Source of the DNA: Microcystis aeruginosa NIES-2549
Lineage (GTDB): Bacteria; Cyanobacteriota; Cyanobacteriia; Cyanobacteriales; Microcystaceae
Reading direction: 5' to 3'
NCBI RefSeq assembly: GCF_000981785.2
Contig: NZ_CP011304.1
Location: forward strand, 2,580,001 to 2,612,000
Length of the DNA: 32,000 nt
Positions within the stretch are counted from its first letter, which is position 1. Each line of letters opens with the position of its first letter. Position numbers and translations under genes: made by a program. Below the pieces are notes generated by a model, which saw nothing but the letters and a program-made list of their open reading frames with translations, ran no database searches and had not been told where the DNA came from. Shown here piece by piece: positions 8,641 through 18,400 of the stretch.

Positions 8641-9906
8641 CTACATTTTATCTTCCCCTGTAGCGACATTTTTAAATCTTTCTTGGGCAGCAGAAAAAGC
8701 CTCTTTCATCACCCTTTGAATCCTCTTAGGATCGGGTTTTTTACCCCCCATTAAATCGCCAAAATAGACACAAGCACCCTCTCCTAGGGCCCAGGTATAG
8801 GCAGCGGACCAAGAAGCGGCGATAACACTGCCAAAACCGGGGATAAATTTCACCAATTCCCGACCGATGGCCTGGGCCAAAAAGCCGCCAGCGATCGCAC
8901 TGACGACTCCGCCGGCTTGGGATGGGGTTAAGACTTGACCGTATAATTTGCCTAAAACCCCCACCATTGACACTTGTAGGGCGGTTAACACGGGCATAGT
9001 CGCTAAGGGTAAGGGAATCGCCGCCAAGGTTGCCGCTATGACGGAAAAGGCTAACATATAGCGTCGGGCCACGTCCCGATAGAGATTGCCTAATTTATTG
9101 CTGGTTTCCCGATCTAAAAGTTGGTGGATGGTGTTAGCCTCGGCTTTTGGCAATAAATCGGCTAAATTGTCTCTAAATGCCTCTAAACCGTAAAAAACGG
9201 GGTTATAACCGTCTTCTTCTAGGGTAAAATCTATTAGCACAGAATTGTCATATAAATCCTTAAAAGTTTCTTTAATTTCTTGATAGGCGCGATTGATATC
9301 CTCGCAATCGGGAGGATAAGGGGGATGATCGGCGGTATTAGGAGGATAAAGCTGATGAAGACAGGTTACAGCCAGTAAACAGGGGATTTTAGGGTATTTT
9401 TGCCGCAGTTGTTTGGTAATTTCTAGGAGGCTATCGGTGGCAAAATCATTAATTTTTACCGTCACGATAAAAACTTGGGCGCGTCCCGTGTTTTCGCTTA
9501 AATCTGCTAATAATTCCGCGATTACCGTGTCTGTGTGTTGATAGGCATCCCCTAACCCCACCGTATCGGTAAAAATCAACAGGGGTAAGTCTTCCGCGGG
9601 GTAGGTGTAGCGCTGGGTGTTTTGGGTGTGGGGACGGAAACCTTGCCCGACGATTTCCGCCGAAACTCCCGTTATTCCCCGAATAATCGAACTTTTTCCC
9701 GTTTGCGGTTTGCCGATTAACAGCGCCTCGGTGGTGGGTAATTCTTGACGGACTTTTTCTAAAATTTCCGCCACTTGAGTGTCACTAACACTAAACCACT
9801 GGAGGACAGTATTAGTCAACTGGTCGATGGGGAGTCTTTTCATCACTTCCCCCGTGAGACTATTCCAAGTATTGACCAAAGAATCAATGGGCAGTTTATC
9901 AGTCAT
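8641..9906 (-). CDS. GTP-binding protein with a C-terminal membrane (DUF697-like) domain
   Basis: The P-loop is GKPQTGKSS and G3 is FTDTVGLGD. The C-terminus is hydrophobic and glycine-rich (AATLAAIPLPLATMPVLTALQVSMVG...). Confidence 0.8.
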   Translation of the reverse strand: MTDKLPIDSLVNTWNSLTGEVMKRLPIDQLTNTVLQWFSVSDTQVAEILEKVRQELPTTEALLIGKPQTGKSSIIRGITGVSAEIVGQGFRPHTQNTQRYTYPAEDLPLLIFTDTVGLGDAYQHTDTVIAELLADLSENTGRAQVFIVTVKINDFATDSLLEITKQLRQKYPKIPCLLAVTCLHQLYPPNTADHPPYPPDCEDINRAYQEIKETFKDLYDNSVLIDFTLEEDGYNPVFYGLEAFRDNLADLLPKAEANTIHQLLDRETSNKLGNLYRDVARRYMLAFSVIAATLAAIPLPLATMPVLTALQVSMVGVLGKLYGQVLTPSQAGGVVSAIAGGFLAQAIGRELVKFIPGFGSVIAASWSAAYTWALGEGACVYFGDLMGGKKPDPKRIQRVMKEAFSAAQERFKNVATGEDKM

Positions 9907-9964
9907 GGGGATTAGAAGGGTTTATGATAACTAAAATAGAGATTTTCAGCGATAGAATCAGACG

Positions 9965-11140
9965 ATGACAAAAGCCGCAATTAGTCCGCAAGATTTATCA
10001 TGGCCTTTTTGGCCAATTGTACCACTTTATCCCTATGGTCAAAGACGGACAATTCGCCAAGAAGTGGTGAAAGATACGCTCTGGACATTTGAGCAATTGC
10101 AGGGTATTTTCTATGTGGTTGTGCCGATTCGCATGACGGTAATTAAGTTAGCATCCGGGGGTTTATTTGTTTATGCACCAGTGGCCCCGACTCCTGAATG
10201 TATTCGCTTAATGCGTGAGTTGGAAGGTGAACACGGGGAAGTTAAATATATTATTTTGCCGACGATTTCTGGGATTGAACATAAGGTTTTTGTTGGTCCT
10301 TTTGCCCGTTATTTTCCTAAGGCTATAGTTTATGTTGCTCCTAATCAATGGAGTTTTCCTCTTAATTTACCTTTGAGTTGGTTGGGTTTACCGGCAAAAC
10401 GAACAGAAATTTTACCTGCTGACTCGGCAACCACTCCTTTAGGAAAAGATTTTAGTTATGAAATTTTACCCGCAATCGATCTGAATGTGGGATACTTCTC
10501 GGAAGTGGCTTTTTTTCATCACTACTCTCAAACTCTGCTGCTGACTGATGGCATTATTTCTATCCCAGAAAATCCTCCTGCTATTTTAGAATTAGACCCC
10601 TATCCGCTGCTGTTTCACGCTAAAAATAGTGCTAAGGATCTGGTAGAGGATAACCCAGAAAATCGCCGTCGGGGTTGGCAGAGAATTTGTCTTTTTGCTC
10701 TTTATTTTCAACCTCCTGTTTTAGCTGTTCCCAATTGGATTAAGGTGTTTAGAGATGCTTTTACTGCTCAGGAAAGGAGTAAAAAAGCCTATTTTGGTTT
10801 ATTCCCTTTTCAATGGGGTGATGATTGGCAAAGGACTTTTTTAAATTTGCGTCGCGAGGGGAGGTTAATAGTAGCGCCAATTTTGCAAACTTTGATTCTT
10901 AATCGCAATACTGACGAGGTGAGTCAATGGGTTGATAGAATTTGCCAATGGCCGATTAAACAGGTTATTCCTTGTCATTTTGCTAGTCCGATTCAAGCTG
11001 ATATTCAAGAGTTTCAGCAGGCTTTTTCTTTCTTGTTAAAAGATTCTTATTTACCTAAAGATGACTTGGAATGTTTAGAAAGTATTGATAGTTTTTTAGT
11101 GCGCTGGCGATTGACTCCTCCTCCTGATAAAAAATTGTAA
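9965..11140 (+). CDS. Conserved hypothetical protein (DUF4336-like)
   Basis: This is a 391-aa uninterrupted ORF, divergent from the GTPase gene. The N-terminal WPFWPIVPLYPYGQRRT pattern is recalled from the DUF4336 family. The function is unknown. Confidence 0.7.
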   Translation: MTKAAISPQDLSWPFWPIVPLYPYGQRRTIRQEVVKDTLWTFEQLQGIFYVVVPIRMTVIKLASGGLFVYAPVAPTPECIRLMRELEGEHGEVKYIILPTISGIEHKVFVGPFARYFPKAIVYVAPNQWSFPLNLPLSWLGLPAKRTEILPADSATTPLGKDFSYEILPAIDLNVGYFSEVAFFHHYSQTLLLTDGIISIPENPPAILELDPYPLLFHAKNSAKDLVEDNPENRRRGWQRICLFALYFQPPVLAVPNWIKVFRDAFTAQERSKKAYFGLFPFQWGDDWQRTFLNLRREGRLIVAPILQTLILNRNTDEVSQWVDRICQWPIKQVIPCHFASPIQADIQEFQQAFSFLLKDSYLPKDDLECLESIDSFLVRWRLTPPPDKKL

Positions 11141-11198
11141 TTTATGGCTAAGAACTGCTATAATATAGGCGGTTGTTAGTTGATTGCTAATCAAGGTC

Positions 11199-11507
11199 AT
11201 GCAAATTCCCGAAAATCCCAGTAATGATGACATCAGAGCGGCGTTGATTCAATTAAGTGATGAAGTTAGTGATTTGCAAGAAAAATTCAGCCAATCACAG
11301 GACGCATTCAGTAAGTGGCGAGATGAAATAGGACAAAAAATTGATCGCATAGATTATAAATTTGATGCCTATCAAAAAGGTACAGACGGTATGGTGAGAA
11401 TGGCTACTACTATCATCATTGCCACCGCTTCTGTGGTAGTTTTATCTAGTCTTAGTCCTGCGGTGACAGCAATTATCACCGCTTTATATTCTGCTAATGC
11501 TCATTAG
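11199..11507 (+). CDS. Hypothetical tail-anchored membrane protein
   Basis: The ATG at 11199 is preferred over the TTG at 11184. The product has a helical, charged N-terminal part and one C-terminal hydrophobic helix (TTIIIATASVVVLSSLSPAVTAIITAL). Confidence 0.55.
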   Translation: MQIPENPSNDDIRAALIQLSDEVSDLQEKFSQSQDAFSKWRDEIGQKIDRIDYKFDAYQKGTDGMVRMATTIIIATASVVVLSSLSPAVTAIITALYSANAH

Positions 11508-11564
11508 TTACTTTATCGCTAAATTCTGGTGCGATTCGGTGCGTTAGGCGCTTGCTAACACACC

Positions 11565-12701
11565 CTATCTTTCCTGAATTTTTACCCGTTGATTTAATTG
11601 ATTCATAGCCAGAGAAATCACCAGATTAAAGAATAAATAGGTGGCCATAACTACTATTAACATCTCTACAGCTTTTCCTGTCTGATTAGCGATGGTACTA
11701 GAGATAGCATAAATATCATTATAACCAATAGCGATCGCTAAACTAGAGTTTTTAACCAGATTTAAACATTCATTAGTTAAAGGAGGAATAATCACTGGCA
11801 AAGCTTGGGGAAAAATTACTAATCTCATCACTAATAAAGGTTTTAATCCCAAGGCTTTAGCTGCTTCCCATTGTCCCCGATTAACCGATTGAATCCCTCC
11901 CCGTACCGTTTCCGCAATAAAGGCAGCTGTATAAACAGTTAAACCGATTAAGAGGGTGGCAAACTCAGAAGAAAGATGTAAACCAAAGTCAATATTTTGA
12001 TTAAGAGGATTAACTTGGGGACTTTGCCATTGTAAACCCCAGATTAGAGGAATTATAATTAGGAGTATTAGGCTAGTTAGACATAAACTAAGTTTATTTT
12101 TTAGGGATAAAAATAATGAAATAATTATTCCTAAAGCAATGATAAATAAGGCTAACCATGTCCTAAAACTATTAGCGGGGAAAGGCAAATAAACTCCTGA
12201 GTTATTTAAAAATACCCTGCCAAAAAACTCTAAAGATTCCTCAATTTTCGGCAGTTTCAAAAATACAGCAAAATACCAGAAAAATAATTGTAATAATAGG
12301 GGAGTATTGCGAATAGTTTCCACATAAATTGTTGCCAACTGACGAATTAACCAATTATCCGACAAGCGACCTAACCCGATGACTATTCCCAGACTAATCG
12401 CCAAAAATATGCCAGTAATCATAATGCGGAGAGAATTAACTAATCCCACCAAAAGAGCGCGAAAATAGGTATCGGTGGGACTGTAGGCAATAGGAGAGTC
12501 ACCAATCGCAAAAGAAGCTGGTCGGTCAGTATCAAAGAGAAAGCCAAAGCCAAAACTTAAGCGTAAGCGTTGGAAATTAATCACTAAATTGCGACCAAAA
12601 AACCAGAAAATTAGGCAGACAATTAGCAGGATAATTACCTGTAGAAAAATCTTCTGAAATCGCTCATCGTACCAAAAAGAATTTTTTTGAGGTAGAGTCA
12701 T
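11565..12701 (-). CDS. Amino-acid ABC transporter permease (AapQ/NatG-like, HisM family)
   Basis: The product is a multi-pass membrane protein with an EAA-like loop (GGIQSVNRGQWEAAKALGLKPLLVMRLVIFPQAL). No ATPase or binding-protein gene is adjacent in this window. Confidence 0.88.
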   Translation of the reverse strand: MTLPQKNSFWYDERFQKIFLQVIILLIVCLIFWFFGRNLVINFQRLRLSFGFGFLFDTDRPASFAIGDSPIAYSPTDTYFRALLVGLVNSLRIMITGIFLAISLGIVIGLGRLSDNWLIRQLATIYVETIRNTPLLLQLFFWYFAVFLKLPKIEESLEFFGRVFLNNSGVYLPFPANSFRTWLALFIIALGIIISLFLSLKNKLSLCLTSLILLIIIPLIWGLQWQSPQVNPLNQNIDFGLHLSSEFATLLIGLTVYTAAFIAETVRGGIQSVNRGQWEAAKALGLKPLLVMRLVIFPQALPVIIPPLTNECLNLVKNSSLAIAIGYNDIYAISSTIANQTGKAVEMLIVVMATYLFFNLVISLAMNQLNQRVKIQER

Positions 12702-12764
12702 ATTTATTAAGTAGCTGGTTATAATTAAATCCCCCCTATATCCCCCCTTGATCCCCCTTGATAA

Positions 12765-12794
12765 GGTAGGGTTGATTCATGAATCAACCCTACC
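12765..12794. repeat. Perfect 30-nt palindrome flanked by 8-bp direct repeats
   Basis: GGTAGGGTTGATTCA|TGAATCAACCCTACC is perfectly self-complementary. CTTGATAA occurs immediately on both sides (12757-12764 and 12795-12802). Confidence 0.9.
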
Positions 12795-12852
12795 CTTGAT
12801 AACGGGGGTGTCTGATAATTTTTAACGCCTACCTACTTATATAGTCCAGAAT

Positions 12853-12890
12853 TTTTCACAAAAGAAATCGGTGACTTTTGGCCACCGATT
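12853..12890 (-). terminator. Rho-independent terminator of psaK
   Basis: On the minus strand, AATCGGTG-GCCAAAAGT-CACCGATT is followed by TCTTTTGTG, about 20 nt after the psaK stop. Confidence 0.7.
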
Positions 12891-12908
12891 GAGAAAATCA
12901 AAACATAT

Positions 12909-13175
12909 TTAGATAACTCCCAGACGGGAAAGACCGAGGATGACACCGGCGCCGAGGACATGACCAAAACTGGTAGTACCCAGTAAAGCGCCTAATCCCA
13001 TACCACCGAATAAAGCGGGGGAAGGTAAAGCAGGACCGACATTTTGTTGTTTAATAGTCGCTTTACCGAAGGCAATAGCGAGAATATTGCAGATAATCAT
13101 GACAATCGCCACTTTGGGACTCCATTCGCTGGAACCTTGCACGGCGGTAGCGGCCATTAATAGGGTTGAATACAT
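12909..13175 (-). CDS. psaK: Photosystem I subunit PsaK
   Basis: The 88-aa product has two hydrophobic helices and PsaK-typical sequence (SPKVAIVMIICNILAIAFGK...GLGALLGTTSFGHVLGAGVILGL). Confidence 0.92.
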   Translation of the reverse strand: MYSTLLMAATAVQGSSEWSPKVAIVMIICNILAIAFGKATIKQQNVGPALPSPALFGGMGLGALLGTTSFGHVLGAGVILGLSRLGVI

Positions 13176-13319
13176 TGAAATTCTCCTGAACAGGTCGTTT
13201 TAAGTTTTTAATCTTAAAGGTAGTTTTCACCCCACATCACGCCCTGTTGCAATACTTAATAATCAAAAGCAGAGGAGTCAACAATAAGGCCGATTCGTCT
13301 CCACTTATGAACTACTCAC

Positions 13320-13556
13320 TTAGTACAAATTCAAGTTTAAGCCTACTTCTCTAGCGAAGACGGCTAATCCTTTCTTTTCAATGGTTTTGATAGCTTTGGT
13401 GGAGATGCGTAGTTTTACCCAACGGTTGCCTTCCGACCACCAAACTCTTTTCCATTGTAGGTTAGCTTCTTGTAATTTTTTGGTGCGACGGTGGGAATGG
13501 GACACCGCATAGGCGTTATTGGCCTTTTTCCCCGTCATAGTACAGACTCTAGACAT
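13320..13556 (-). CDS. rpmB: 50S ribosomal protein L28
   Basis: [34 protein letters not shown] is the canonical L28 N-terminus. The product is 78 aa. Confidence 0.95.
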   Translation of the reverse strand: MSRVCTMTGKKANNAYAVSHSHRRTKKLQEANLQWKRVWWSEGNRWVKLRISTKAIKTIEKKGLAVFAREVGLNLNLY

Positions 13557-13810
13557 AATTTACTCCTGTGCGATCGATGTTTGTCAATAGTCAACCTTTC
13601 TAGTTTAACTCAAATCTCGCCAGAAGTCCCCCCCTTCCCCTGGGTGAAGTGAACGGAGATAAATTTAACAGCAAGTGGGGGGATTAAGAAGTTGATTGAA
13701 CCGGTTCACTGCTCAGACAATTTCGACAATTGCATCAAAGGTAATGGTGAGAATATTGTCAACAAATTTAGCTGTAATTTTTTACTGAATAAAAAATATT
13801 TTAATAAGTT

Positions 13811-14233
13811 TTACATAGTTTCTAGTATTCTGGTTAATTCATTTTTGTTTTTCCATAATTTTACTTGAAAATCTTGGTATATTTTGGCGATAAAAGGAGC
13901 TTGATTACCTTGAATTATTTTTTCGATTTTATCGATTGTTTCGACAAAAATATTAATCATAGTTTGACGAGGTAAGTTGCCAGAAACTAGAACAAATACT
14001 TGAGCCTGATAACGGGCTATCTGTTGAACTTCTAAAATATTTCTACCAATGTTTACATCTTTAGTTAATACTATCCATCCTCTTTGACTAACAATAGGTA
14101 GCCAATCTGTATCCGGTGCATCTGGGGCAAAATGGGCATGATGAAATTCAATTTTAACCCCTATTTCTTGCAAAGCTTCACCGATAGATTTTCCTAAAGC
14201 GCGGTCGATAAAATAGGTGTATTGATAGGTCAT
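13811..14233 (-). CDS. PIN-like (DUF5615-type) putative toxin
   Basis: YFIDRALGKSIGEALQEIGVKIEFHH...APDTDWLPIVSQRGWIVLTKD fits the DUF5615 pattern. The ATG at 14233 overlaps the upstream stop as ATGA. The track start at 14251 is less likely. Confidence 0.65.
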   Translation of the reverse strand: MTYQYTYFIDRALGKSIGEALQEIGVKIEFHHAHFAPDAPDTDWLPIVSQRGWIVLTKDVNIGRNILEVQQIARYQAQVFVLVSGNLPRQTMINIFVETIDKIEKIIQGNQAPFIAKIYQDFQVKLWKNKNELTRILETM

Positions 14234-14946
14234 GCCGCTTGCCAATTGCACTCGAATAAAATCGCTTTTTCAATTTGCCAAGGTTGACAATTATAATCAT
14301 TGGCAATATCTTCTATAGAGTCCCCCGCATCATAAAGTTCTGTGACAACTTTAGTGGGAATTCCTGTTCCTGTGATCACGGGTTTTCCGAAGGAAATATT
14401 AGGGTCTATCTTTAGGACTTTATTGCTGAAGTCTTCCCCATTTATGTCGATAGTGGGAAAAAGCCGTGTGGCGATATCTTGTTCATCCCATTCAATACGA
14501 GTTAAGAGATTATTTAAGAATTGTTTCATCGTCAATTGTCCCGAACGGGAGGCATTAATTAAATGCTCAAATTGTTCGATAAAAAGGTCAGTTCCATCGG
14601 TACTAAATTGTTTTTGAACCAGAGGATGATCGGTGTTAAATTGTTCACTAATATAGTCTAGGGCCAGTCTAACTTTATCGAGAGGGATGTTATGAACTTT
14701 GCGAATAACTCTTAAAACGTGCGCTTCCACTAAGTTAGTAAAGGAAAGTTGCGGAATATTCGGATTAGGTCGTTGAATGAGGGGTAAAAACTCTTTTTGT
14801 CCTTTTTTTGTCGGGTAGGTGCGTCCTCGTACCCACGTTCTCAGAGTGGGCAAAGGAATATGGAGATAGCGCGCAGTATCGGCTATAGTGTAGGTGGGAA
14901 CATGATAGAGATGCTCTAGAGATAAGGGAGATGATGCTTTGACCAT
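14230..14946 (-). CDS. DUF433-domain protein with an N-terminal HTH-like extension (putative antitoxin/regulator)
   Basis: The C-terminus (FGKPVITGTGIPTKVVTELYDAGDSIEDIANDYNCQPWQIEKAILF) matches the DUF433 signature. The N-terminus (YTIADTARYLHIPLPTLRTWVRG) looks like a MerR/excisionase-type HTH. Confidence 0.7.
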   Translation of the reverse strand: MVKASSPLSLEHLYHVPTYTIADTARYLHIPLPTLRTWVRGRTYPTKKGQKEFLPLIQRPNPNIPQLSFTNLVEAHVLRVIRKVHNIPLDKVRLALDYISEQFNTDHPLVQKQFSTDGTDLFIEQFEHLINASRSGQLTMKQFLNNLLTRIEWDEQDIATRLFPTIDINGEDFSNKVLKIDPNISFGKPVITGTGIPTKVVTELYDAGDSIEDIANDYNCQPWQIEKAILFECNWQAA

Positions 14947-15143
14947 CGTTAATATTTTGGTGAAGTTGTTGAGATGAGATTATCGCCTATCATTTCATTT
15001 TAGCTAATTTTGGTATCCTTGAGGATAGGGATAAAGCAGGGTACATCTTATTTTTGTAAATCTAGCAAGTTGGGATTTTTACGCGAAAACTCTCTGATAA
15101 AATTGGGCATTACTTCCGACTTTATTAATCAATCCAAGCTTTT

Positions 15144-15229
15144 GGGGGGTTCTACCCCCCAAACCCCCCGTTGGGGGCGTGGCGCGGTCACTGAGCTTTG
15201 TCGAAGTGCCGCCCCCAAACCCCCCGCGC
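15144..15229. repeat. GC-rich structured dispersed-repeat-like element
   Basis: Hairpins are GGGGGG-TTCTA-CCCCCC and CCCCC-GTT-GGGGG, plus the stems GGGGGCG...CGCCCCC. CCCCCAAACCCCCCG occurs twice. The element lies in an otherwise AT-rich spacer, and the 74-aa track ORF here is an artefact of it. Confidence 0.6.
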
Positions 15230-15424
15230 ATTAGCTTTTCGGTGGGATGCTTACAGGCAGCTGCTGATATATCTGTGATAATTCAAGAATCACTGATAAT
15301 TGCTCATTGTCGGTATTTCTGCAAATGTCAGATGCAGCCATAAAGTAGGATGAGGGCAGTGGACATTGGGGGCAAATGAGGTTATATTTTATCTAGAGAA
15401 GAACGTTTGTATGTCGCAACGATA

Positions 15425-18400
15425 ATGAGTAACTCACTGCCAAAATATCTAGAGGAAATCACAGGCATCTATCAACAGGGTAAGGCCACAGAACACAGTT
15501 ATCGTCCTGCTTTAAAAAAATTAATTGAATCCCTAAATAATAACCTACAAGCTCTCAATGAACCCAAAAGGATTGCTTGTGGCGCTCCAGATTTTGTGAT
15601 TAATCAGGGTATAGTAGAAATTGGTCATCTGGAAGCAAAAGATATCGGAACTTCTCTCAAAAAGGTTGAAAATACTCCCCAAATAAAACGTTATTTACAG
15701 GCTTTGGGTAATTTAATTATCACTGATCATTTAGAATTTCGTTGGTATGTATCGGGAGAATTGCGTCTATCAGCGTCCGTGGCAAGTCTTAATCAAAAAA
15801 AGCAAATTAAGCCTGATTCCCAGGGTATTTTACAAGTAGAACAATTGTTCTGTCAATTTTTCCTCTCAAAAGTTATTCAGATAACAACACCGCGAGAATT
15901 AGCGAAAAAAATGGCCGCTTTAGCGCAGTTAATTCGAGACGCAATCGGCCAAGCTTTAAAAGATCAAGATTGCGGGGGAATGTTGCGGCAACAATTGCAA
16001 TCTTTTCAACGAGTTTTAATTAGTGATCTCAATGAAGCGCAGTTCGCGGATATGTATGCACAAACAATCTGTTATGGTTTATTCGCAGCACGCTGTAATA
16101 CGGATCAAATAAGTTCTTTTTCCCGAGAAACGGCAGCATTTCGACTACCGAAAACTAACCCTTTTTTGCGGGGAATTTTTCATCAAATTGCTGGTACAGA
16201 ATTAGATGAGCGGATTACTTGGGCCGTGGATACTCTAGCGACTATTTTACAACAAACGGACATGGATGGTATTCTTAGCAGCTTTGGAAAACGCACACGC
16301 AAGCAGGATCCTGTGGTTCACTTTTATGAGACTTTTTTAGCCGAATACGATAGTAAAATGCGTGAGTCTAGGGGGGTTTATTATACCCCTGAACCCGTGG
16401 TTTCTTACATGGTTCGCAGTGTGGACTATATTCTAAAAAATAAGTTTCAGATTCCTAAAGGTTTGGCCGATGCCAAAAAAATTACGATTAAAAATCCTAA
16501 TGATAGCCAAGAAACTCAGGAAGTTCACCAAGTTTTAATCCTCGATCCTGCTGTGGGAACTGGCACTTTTTTACACTCGGTTATCGACCATATCTATGAT
16601 AGTTTTCGTCAACAGCAAGGGATGTGGTCTAGTTATGTCAGTAAACATTTATTACCCCGTCTCTTTGGGTTTGAATTACTGATGGCTCCCTACACCGTAG
16701 CACACATGAAATTAGGTTTACAACTTCAGGAATTAGGCTATGATTTTAGTGCCGATGAACGCTTAGGAATCTATCTCACCAACACCCTACAGGAAGCTTT
16801 TCAAATTCCCCCTGCTGATGGTTTTTTAAATCGCATTCGCGATGAAGCAGAGTCAGCGCAAGGTGTTAAGCAAGAACATCCTGTTATGGTGATTATTGGT
16901 AATCCACCCTACTCTGGACATTCCGTAAATACAGGAGACTGGATTAAGGAATTATTGAAGGGAAAAGATATTATTTCTGGAGAAAAAACTGCTAGTTATT
17001 TTGAAGTAGATGAGCAACCTTTAGCCGAAAAAAATCCCAAATGGTTAAATGATGATTATGTCAAATTTATTCGCTTTAGTCAATGGCGCATCGAGAAAAC
17101 TGGTTATGGAATTTTAGCTTTTGTTACTAATCATGGTTATTTGGATAACCCAACTTTTCGGGGAATGCGTCAAAGTTTATTAAAAACTTTTGATGATATT
17201 TATATCCTCGATTTACACGGTAATAGTAAGAAAAAAGAAGTTTGTCCCGACGGTTCACCGGATCAAAATGTGTTTGATATTCAGCAAGGTGTAGCTATTG
17301 GTATTTTTATTAAATATCACAATAGTTCTTCAAATTTAGCTAAAGTTTATCATGCTGATTTATGGGGCAAAAGAGAAATAATTGAGAATCAAGTTATTGT
17401 CGGTGGTAAGTATCATTGGTTAGATGAAAATGATCTTTATTCTACTTCTTGGCAGGAATTACAACCTGATTCTCCTTTTTATCTATTTAAACCTCAGAAT
17501 ATTAATCTGCGCTCGGAATACGATCAATTTTGGAAGATTACTGAAATTATGCCAGTGAATGTCTTAGGATTTCAGACTCACCGAGATAATTTTGCTATAG
17601 ATTTTGACAAAGATAAGATAACTAAAAGATTTCAAGAACTAAGAGAAAATAATCTTTCTAACGAAGATTATACTACTAAGTATGATATTAAAGATAACCG
17701 AGATTGGAAATTCAATAGAGTTCGTCAAGCAATTCGTTTAGATGACCAGTGGCAAAATAAAATAACTACTTGTCTATATCGTCCTTTTGATTGGCGTTGT
17801 TGCTATTTTAGTACAGTAGCAATGGACTATCCAAGACGGGAGTTAATTGATCATGTCTTGGGAAAAGAAAATTTATGCTTACTAGCTATTAGACAAATGC
17901 AAGATAAAGTTATATATTCTCATATACTTGTGTCTAAAGTTCCAGCTATTGATAGAAGTTTTGCTTGTTCAAGAGGCGCAGCTTCAGTATTCCCCCTCTA
18001 TCTTTACCCAACCAATACCCCAACCTTATTTGAAACAGAACCAACCAACTCGCCAAATGGTCGCCGTCCCAATCTAGCGCCTGAATTTATTAACAAACTT
18101 TCGGCAAAACTTGAATTAGAATTTATCAGTGATGGCAAAGGAGACGAAAAGAAAACCTTTGGTCCGGAAGACATTTTTAACTATATTTATGCCGTCTTTC
18201 ACTCTCCCCAATATCGCCAACGTTACGCCGAATTTTTAAAAATAGACTTTCCTCGTGTTCCCCTAACCAGTAATCAAGAATTATTCTGGGAATTAGTCAA
18301 AAAAGGTGACAAATTAGTACATTTACACCTAATGAAAGCAACGGGAAAAGAAATTAGTAGCTATCCCGTGGCGGGTTCTAATCTAGTCGAACAGGTGAAA

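Noticed and set aside
15010-15234. 74-aa ORF
   Set aside because: It is generated by the GC-rich repeat element (TPQTPRWGRGAVTELCRSAAPKPPAH is low-complexity repeat translation). It has a TTG start and no SD.
15407-15424. N-terminal extensions from TTG/GTG starts in the ORF track (also 2881-2952, 11184, 14251, 20147 and 23510)
   Set aside because: In each case a downstream ATG coincides with the start of conserved sequence and/or has a better SD.
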